DNA of 64,000 nucleotides from assembly GCA_964450405.1 (NCBI GenBank), contig CAYVCQ010000001.1:91858-155857 (forward strand). Reading direction: 5' to 3'. Made by a program: the position numbers and the translations under genes. Positions 58,834-64,000 of this stretch are shown here, in pieces. Origin of the DNA: an uncultured Leptospirales bacterium. GTDB taxonomy: Bacteria; Spirochaetota; UBA4802; UBA5550. Numbering within the stretch: the first letter of the stretch is position 1; each line of letters opens with the position of its first letter. The notes beneath the pieces were generated by a model. That model saw nothing but the letters and a program-made list of their open reading frames with translations, had not been told where the DNA came from and made no database searches.

Positions 58834-59053
58834 TGACTGGATATATGATATCGGATTTTAATGCCCTTGCCGCAAAATTTAGTGCAGCAAAAATTGATTC
58901 CTGAGTCAGTTGAGGATGGGCCTCAAGAATCTGAGCAAAAGATTCTCCATAAGAAAGCTTTTCAAGGATTAATTCTACAGTTATTCTTGTCCCTGCTACT
59001 ACAGGTTTACCCATCATTATTTCCGGATCAGATATTATTAAATTTAAATTCAT
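58826..59053 (-). CDS. DUF433-domain protein (putative antitoxin-like partner)
   Basis: ..ISDPEIMMGKPVVAGTRITVELILEKL.. is the DUF433 signature. Start at the internal ATG is preferred; the track runs to 59098. Confidence 0.5.
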   Translation of the reverse strand: MNLNLIISDPEIMMGKPVVAGTRITVELILEKLSYGESFAQILEAHPQLTQESIFAALNFAARALKSDIIYPVSA

Positions 59054-59267
59054 AAGACTCACCTTGTAAAAAGTCGTATTCATTATTTTAAAAAACAATG
59101 CTATACTATTAATGTCTATAATTTAAGCATCTATACTTTATTCTGTCCATAAAAAAACATGTTCCAAGCTTTAATTCGCTTGATTGAAGGTCTTTCATGA
59201 TACATGACTGAAATCACCTGATTTTTGAATTAACATGACAGAATTACAAATTCTATCTTCAATCAGG

Positions 59268-59300
59268 AAAATCCTTTAATCCCTTAATCATGGTTCAGAC
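59268..59300. repeat. Family-B repeat, half copy
   Basis: aaaatcctttaatcccttaatcatggttcagac. Confidence 0.7.
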
Positions 59301-59423
59301 TTCCTTTATCCTTGACAAAATATGATCATATCTAGAAATTCAATTTAACTTAAACAAAAATTAACAAGTCTTGCCATACATTTTTTATACTCTGTCTTAA
59401 AATTTATACTATGGAAAACCAGA

Positions 59424-60326
59424 ATGAAAACAGATATACTAGGCACAATCGGCAATACTCCCCTGGTACAGATCAACAGATTAAATCCGAACAAAAATGT
59501 CACCATCCTTGCCAAACTTGAAGGATTCAATCCTACGGGAAGTATCAAAGACAGGATAGCTCTTAAGATGATTGAACAGGCCGAGCATGAAGGAAAGCTG
59601 AAAAAGGGACAGACGATAATTGAGCCCACATCGGGCAACACCGGAATTGGACTTGCCATGATCGGCGCGGTTAAGGGATACCCGGTTGAGATTGTAATGT
59701 CAAAATCTGTATCGATAGAGCGCCGTAAAATGATACAGGCATTCGGAGCAAAAATTATTCTTACAGAAGCAAAGTTTGGCACAGATGGTGCTATTACCAG
59801 GGCACGGGAACTCTCCGCGCAGCATCCGGATAAATATTTTATGCCGGACCAGTTTTCAAATGAGTTCAACAAAATGGCTCACTACCGCACAACGGCAAAT
59901 GAAATATGGAAACAGACTAAGGGTAAACTTGACTACTTCGTATCCTCCCTTGGAACTTCCGGAACTATAATGGGAATCGGCAGATATCTGAAAGAGAAAA
60001 ATTCAAAGATTAAAATTGTCTCTGCTCATCCTGAAAAAGGGCATTATATCCAGGGCCTTAAAAATATGGAGGAGGCAATTGTTCCCGCAATCTATGACCC
60101 ATCAATGATTGATGAAACAATTATGATAGAGAGCAACAAGGCTTTTGAAATGGCCCGCCGTATAGTAACCGACGAAGGGATCTTCGTCGGGATGAGCAGC
60201 GGTGCGGCTTTAATTGCGGCGATTGAGGTTGCTAAATCAATTAAAAAAGGTACTATAGTTGTAATTTTTGCCGATCGCGGAGAGAAATACCTCAGCACAG
60301 ATCTGTTTAATGTGGATGGAGATTAA
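59424..60326 (+). CDS. cysK: Cysteine synthase (O-acetylserine sulfhydrylase, PLP-dependent)
   Basis: NPTGSIKDRIA PLP-lysine motif. GNTGIGLA and SSGA(A)L motifs. 300 aa. Confidence 0.85.
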   Translation: MKTDILGTIGNTPLVQINRLNPNKNVTILAKLEGFNPTGSIKDRIALKMIEQAEHEGKLKKGQTIIEPTSGNTGIGLAMIGAVKGYPVEIVMSKSVSIERRKMIQAFGAKIILTEAKFGTDGAITRARELSAQHPDKYFMPDQFSNEFNKMAHYRTTANEIWKQTKGKLDYFVSSLGTSGTIMGIGRYLKEKNSKIKIVSAHPEKGHYIQGLKNMEEAIVPAIYDPSMIDETIMIESNKAFEMARRIVTDEGIFVGMSSGAALIAAIEVAKSIKKGTIVVIFADRGEKYLSTDLFNVDGD

Positions 60327-60491
60327 TCTTCATTTCAAATATTTAATCAAGATATATCAAATATTCCCTCTGAATCATCCCCTATATCACACTTTTAAAA
60401 GATATTCACAGCTATTTATACACTAATAATTTGATTTTCCCCGGGGCAGTGTTATATTTAATTCAAAACTATCAATTCGAGGAGGTTTTAA

Positions 60492-60857
60492 ATGGAAACT
60501 ACAAGATCTTTATCTTCAGAATTGAGAGAAGTTGCTCATTCTTTCCGGAGAAAAATCAATCATGCAGAAGACAGGATAGATCTCATGAATTCATTTTCAC
60601 TTGCTGCTCTTGAGATTGTTAAAAAGGGTATTAAAAATAATGTCGATGTCCGGATTGAAGATATCATTCTGAATATCGATTCCCCTAAAGGATTTAATTA
60701 CAGTGAAAGGATCAATTCCATCCCTGAATTTAAAAATCTTCTTAAAGAAACAGATATTGAATCACAAATTATTCACCTTGCAGAGGCTGCTAAACACAGA
60801 TGTAAACATCTGTCTAAACATACGGAGAAAACAAATTTAAAAATACGGAGCCGTTAA
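60492..60857 (+). CDS. Hypothetical protein (121 aa)
   Basis: GAGGAGG Shine-Dalgarno 6 nt upstream of the ATG. Confidence 0.5.
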   Translation: METTRSLSSELREVAHSFRRKINHAEDRIDLMNSFSLAALEIVKKGIKNNVDVRIEDIILNIDSPKGFNYSERINSIPEFKNLLKETDIESQIIHLAEAAKHRCKHLSKHTEKTNLKIRSR

Positions 60858-60939
60858 AATATTATTTCTGTGCAACAGGATTTTCTTATTTTAGAAAGCT
60901 GATTTCATTTTTTAAATTTTCATATAGAGGTGAATAAAA

Positions 60940-61899
60940 ATGAAAACTTTGAAAATTATTTCCTGCATTCTTTTATTTTCTACATTGTACATTTTCATAA
61001 TAGATGTAGATTCTTACGCGCAACAGAGCAACTTTCAGATAGCTCCATCCCCGATTGCGTATCCATATTTTACCGATGGCCGCAGTGACGGATTACTCGG
61101 AGCTAGTTTCATCAGTATCACCTCTCAGTATATGACCCTTACAGGTGGTGCGGCTGAATTTAAAGGTAGAACTGCATTCTCAGATTATACTGCGATAGAT
61201 ATCGACTTCGGTATGGCAGGAATGGGCGGATCAATGCCGGGGATTCCTCCTATTTCTCCGATTTATACATCAGGTGCATTTCATGTACCATATTATACCC
61301 AGGTGGCGGGTGATGCCACATTGTCATTCCTGTCTATGAGGATGAGTGCCAACCTTGAACTTCAGCTGCTTCATGATGATATCGGCAGCCTTATATTATT
61401 CGGCGGTCCCAATTTAAACTTTTCCCAGTTTACGATTACAACACCTTTTAACCTTATTGTTCCTCCACCATGGGGTAATGCAGGAACGGTTTACAAAGGA
61501 TACACAGATACTCTTACAATTAACTCAACGCTGACCGGATGGCAGATGGGCATGCAGATGGATATTGCCCTTGCCACCGACTTCAGGCTTAGCCCGTTCT
61601 TTATGATAAGCTCATTTTCCGGTACTGCAAACTTATCTGACACAACAACTGCATCCGGTACGGTGAACACTTCTCTTAGTGCTGATATCCCTGCCGCATC
61701 GTCTATGTCTTTCGGGATGGATATAGTAATCGGTGATTTCAGCGTAGGATCTCTTATTCAGCAGATGAAGAAAAGTAAAAGTTCAGATCAGGATGTCAGA
61801 GTAATTATGATCTCTGTCAGCTATCATTTCTCTGAAGGAGCGGAAACTTCACCTGCCGCAGAGGAAAATGCAGGCAAAGATTCAGAGGGAGTAAAATGA
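60940..61899 (+). CDS. Exported hypothetical protein, possibly outer-membrane
   Basis: Signal peptide MKTLKIISCILLFSTLYIFIIDVDSYAQQ. GAGGTG Shine-Dalgarno. 319 aa. S/T/G-rich. Confidence 0.5.
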   Translation: MKTLKIISCILLFSTLYIFIIDVDSYAQQSNFQIAPSPIAYPYFTDGRSDGLLGASFISITSQYMTLTGGAAEFKGRTAFSDYTAIDIDFGMAGMGGSMPGIPPISPIYTSGAFHVPYYTQVAGDATLSFLSMRMSANLELQLLHDDIGSLILFGGPNLNFSQFTITTPFNLIVPPPWGNAGTVYKGYTDTLTINSTLTGWQMGMQMDIALATDFRLSPFFMISSFSGTANLSDTTTASGTVNTSLSADIPAASSMSFGMDIVIGDFSVGSLIQQMKKSKSSDQDVRVIMISVSYHFSEGAETSPAAEENAGKDSEGVK

Positions 61900-62253
61900 T
61901 CTTTCCTGAATGCAGAAGACCAGGAATAAGAAACTTATAGGAATCTGATTTTATGCAAATAAGTGAATTGTATTAAATTTGCAGACTCATTCTATGTCTG
62001 CATAAAAATTGCATGTAAATTTACATCTTGACAAAATAATTCTTCATGAATTATTCACTCTTACCAACAGCACTTGACGACTATAATAGAACATAATCAG
62101 TCATATAGAAGAAACGATATCGATTGAGAAATCTGATTTTTAAAATAAAAGATTTCTCACTGGATTTTACCCTGAGCCTGGTGAAGAGTTTGAAACAATA
62201 AGCTCCAGCTTAATCGTTAACTGTTATAATATTTACATATCCGGAGAATCCCG

Positions 62254-63978
62254 ATGAATACTTACAGCAAAATCAAAGAATTTGACTATGATAAAAACTA
62301 TTATCTTTTCATGATTATCGGATTCTGCATTGCACTTAGAATTTTTACTCCACAGATAATCGGTGTCGGAGGAGGCGATGCAGTTGAGTCATGGGCTGTG
62401 TCGCGTAATCTTTTTTTTGATGCAGATTATTTCCTAATTCATCGTACCGCGAGATTCGGCACAATAGTTCCGATCTTCCTGACCCAGGGCCTATTCGGAA
62501 CACACCCTCTGGTGTACTACATAGCACCTGCAATTGCATCGGTAATCCAGACAATATTCTTTTTTAGAATTGCTTCTCTTGTCAGCGGTCAGTTTTTTGC
62601 CTTTGTATGCAGTCTGGTCTTTCTCAGTTTTCCGCAGATGATACGGGATGTATCACACCCCAGAGTATCGGTTTTTGCCTCGATGTTTTTTCTAATTTCA
62701 CTTTATTTTGCATTAAAGTTTTACATGGACAGCTCGAAAGAAGATGATAAAAACAATATAGATAAACCGCAGATCAGAGATCTTTTCATATCTGGAATAA
62801 ATATTTTTTTTATGTACATGGCAAAGGAGGACAGTCTTTATTTTCTGCCGGCAATAATGCTTATTGTTTTCATGAGCCGAAAAAGATTCTCCGACCTGAT
62901 TCTCTTCGGAATAGTCCCCTTTTCACTTTTTATAACTGAAACATTGCTTTATCACTTCCTGACTAATTTTAAAATGGGGAGATTATCTATAGTTACCGAC
63001 AAAACTCATTTTGATACAGTTGCCCCTCTTGCTTCATGGAGTTCTCTTTTTGACCGTTTTAAAGGTGAACACCTAAGACCATATTTCCGGTATCCTCTTT
63101 TAGTTTCTTTATTCGGCGGGATTTATATATGTATAAAAAAAAGAATGGATGAACGTTCGCGAATCAATCCTGTTTTTTTTATTGTTATCTCTCTGTTTAT
63201 ATATGTTTTCCTTCTAACTTTTCTGATAAAAAGTATTCACCCCATTATTCCAGTTAACACTTTCCGGACAAGATATCTTAATATTATTATCCCTCCAATG
63301 ATTCTGATAATAATGTACACCATATATGAAGCATGCAGCCTGTTGAGTGAAACAGGTTTTCCACGGAATTTTTTAAAAAAAATTCCCGCCATCATTTCTG
63401 TTTACAGAAAATCGTTCTTATTTCTTTTTATTCTTATGTATACTTCAATTACCGTTATTATTTTTTATGCTGTTTACAAGAAGGATACATACAAAGGGAG
63501 AAATGAGACCTATTATCAGATGCACCCGTTTAAACTGGTTTATCAATATAACAATATAATAAACGACCAGTATAATTCAGGTAAAGCCTTTATAGTCCAG
63601 GGAGAAAAATCGAGAAACAACCGATTTGACGATGTTCTGAAAACTATAGATGAATGGATTGCATCAGGAATGACTGTTAAACAGGCATGCGGTAAATATG
63701 GAATTACAACTGAACAGTATAGTTTATATAAAGCATCTACAGAAGAGATAATATCTTATGAAGCAGCAGACTATCCGACACAAATATTTTTAAATCCAAA
63801 TATAAAAGTTTCCGGTCTGCAATTCTTCGACAAAGAGGTAAATGGAAAATTCTACAGATTTTTCTACAACAAAAATCTGACAGATAAAGATAAAATTCTT
63901 GATGATTTAAAAAAAAGCCAGGCTGTTTACCCTGAAATAATTTATTCCCCGCTTGAGGTGGTTTTTACGAAGATTTAG
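62254..63978 (+). CDS. Polytopic membrane protein, possibly an ArnT/PMT-like (GT39/GT83-type) glycosyltransferase with a C-terminal soluble domain
   Basis: About 11 TM helices. Loop region VGGGDAVESWAVSRNLFFDADYFLIHRTARFG has the acidic D/E-rich first-loop pattern of GT-C enzymes. The assignment is weak. Confidence 0.4.
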   Translation: MNTYSKIKEFDYDKNYYLFMIIGFCIALRIFTPQIIGVGGGDAVESWAVSRNLFFDADYFLIHRTARFGTIVPIFLTQGLFGTHPLVYYIAPAIASVIQTIFFFRIASLVSGQFFAFVCSLVFLSFPQMIRDVSHPRVSVFASMFFLISLYFALKFYMDSSKEDDKNNIDKPQIRDLFISGINIFFMYMAKEDSLYFLPAIMLIVFMSRKRFSDLILFGIVPFSLFITETLLYHFLTNFKMGRLSIVTDKTHFDTVAPLASWSSLFDRFKGEHLRPYFRYPLLVSLFGGIYICIKKRMDERSRINPVFFIVISLFIYVFLLTFLIKSIHPIIPVNTFRTRYLNIIIPPMILIIMYTIYEACSLLSETGFPRNFLKKIPAIISVYRKSFLFLFILMYTSITVIIFYAVYKKDTYKGRNETYYQMHPFKLVYQYNNIINDQYNSGKAFIVQGEKSRNNRFDDVLKTIDEWIASGMTVKQACGKYGITTEQYSLYKASTEEIISYEAADYPTQIFLNPNIKVSGLQFFDKEVNGKFYRFFYNKNLTDKDKILDDLKKSQAVYPEIIYSPLEVVFTKI

Positions 63979-64000
63979 TGACGTAAAAAAATGGTGAGAA

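Noticed and set aside
59345-59872. 175-aa ORF antisense to cysK
   Set aside because: The cysK plus-strand frame carries the PLP-lysine and Gly-rich motifs, so this is an antisense artefact.
1-64000. CRISPR arrays
   Set aside because: No array of regularly spaced direct repeats with unique spacers was seen. The dispersed repeats (families A-D, REP-like) are palindromic, not regularly spaced, and separated by genes.

Overview
AT-rich bacterial chromosomal window (about 35-40% GC by eye) from an organism that uses Shine-Dalgarno sequences and lipoproteins, so likely not Bacteroidia. The best guess is an uncultivated low-GC lineage; no taxonomic claim is made. Most of the window is housekeeping and metabolism: pnuC-nadR, nadE, hisD, carA, cysK, pta, metF, rsmA/ksgA, tRNA-Phe, gntP, an ABC ATPase, a methyl-accepting chemotaxis receptor and others. 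Four things stand out. (1) A complete mercury-methylation pair, hgcA and hgcB, sits at 25.9-27.4 kb. hgcA has the hallmark NVWCAAGK cap-helix motif and a C-terminal transmembrane domain; hgcB is a 2x[4Fe-4S] ferredoxin with a C-terminal CC tail. An ArsR-family regulator lies directly upstream. A RAYT (IS200-like, REP-associated tyrosine transposase) gene and then metF lie beyond it, and a local cluster of GGGTCAGAGC REP-like motifs spans 27.2-30.8 kb. (2) A compact five-gene co-directional cluster at 5.1-11.5 kb encodes an extended MoxR AAA+ ATPase, an unknown protein, an HExxH metallopeptidase fused to a VWA domain (DUF2201-type), another unknown protein and a PaaK/F390-synthetase-like adenylate-forming enzyme. 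I consider this the most likely candidate for an undescribed system. (3) The intergenic DNA holds several families of short palindromic dispersed repeats (MITE/REP-like). Family B has at least 11 copies, family A has 3 copies of about 105 bp, and families C and D have 2 copies each. There are also stereotyped C5/G5-stem hairpins and a striking triple perfect hairpin at 45.68-45.76 kb. (4) Local gene-scale events include a tandem duplication of a DUF1566-like lipoprotein gene that carried along a copy of the nadR 3' end, an in-frame TAA interrupting a TPR lipoprotein, a frameshifted MORN-repeat paralogue beside a 628-aa MORN protein, and a GC-richer VapBC toxin-antitoxin insertion. All calls rest on reading motifs by eye. 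No database searches were run.
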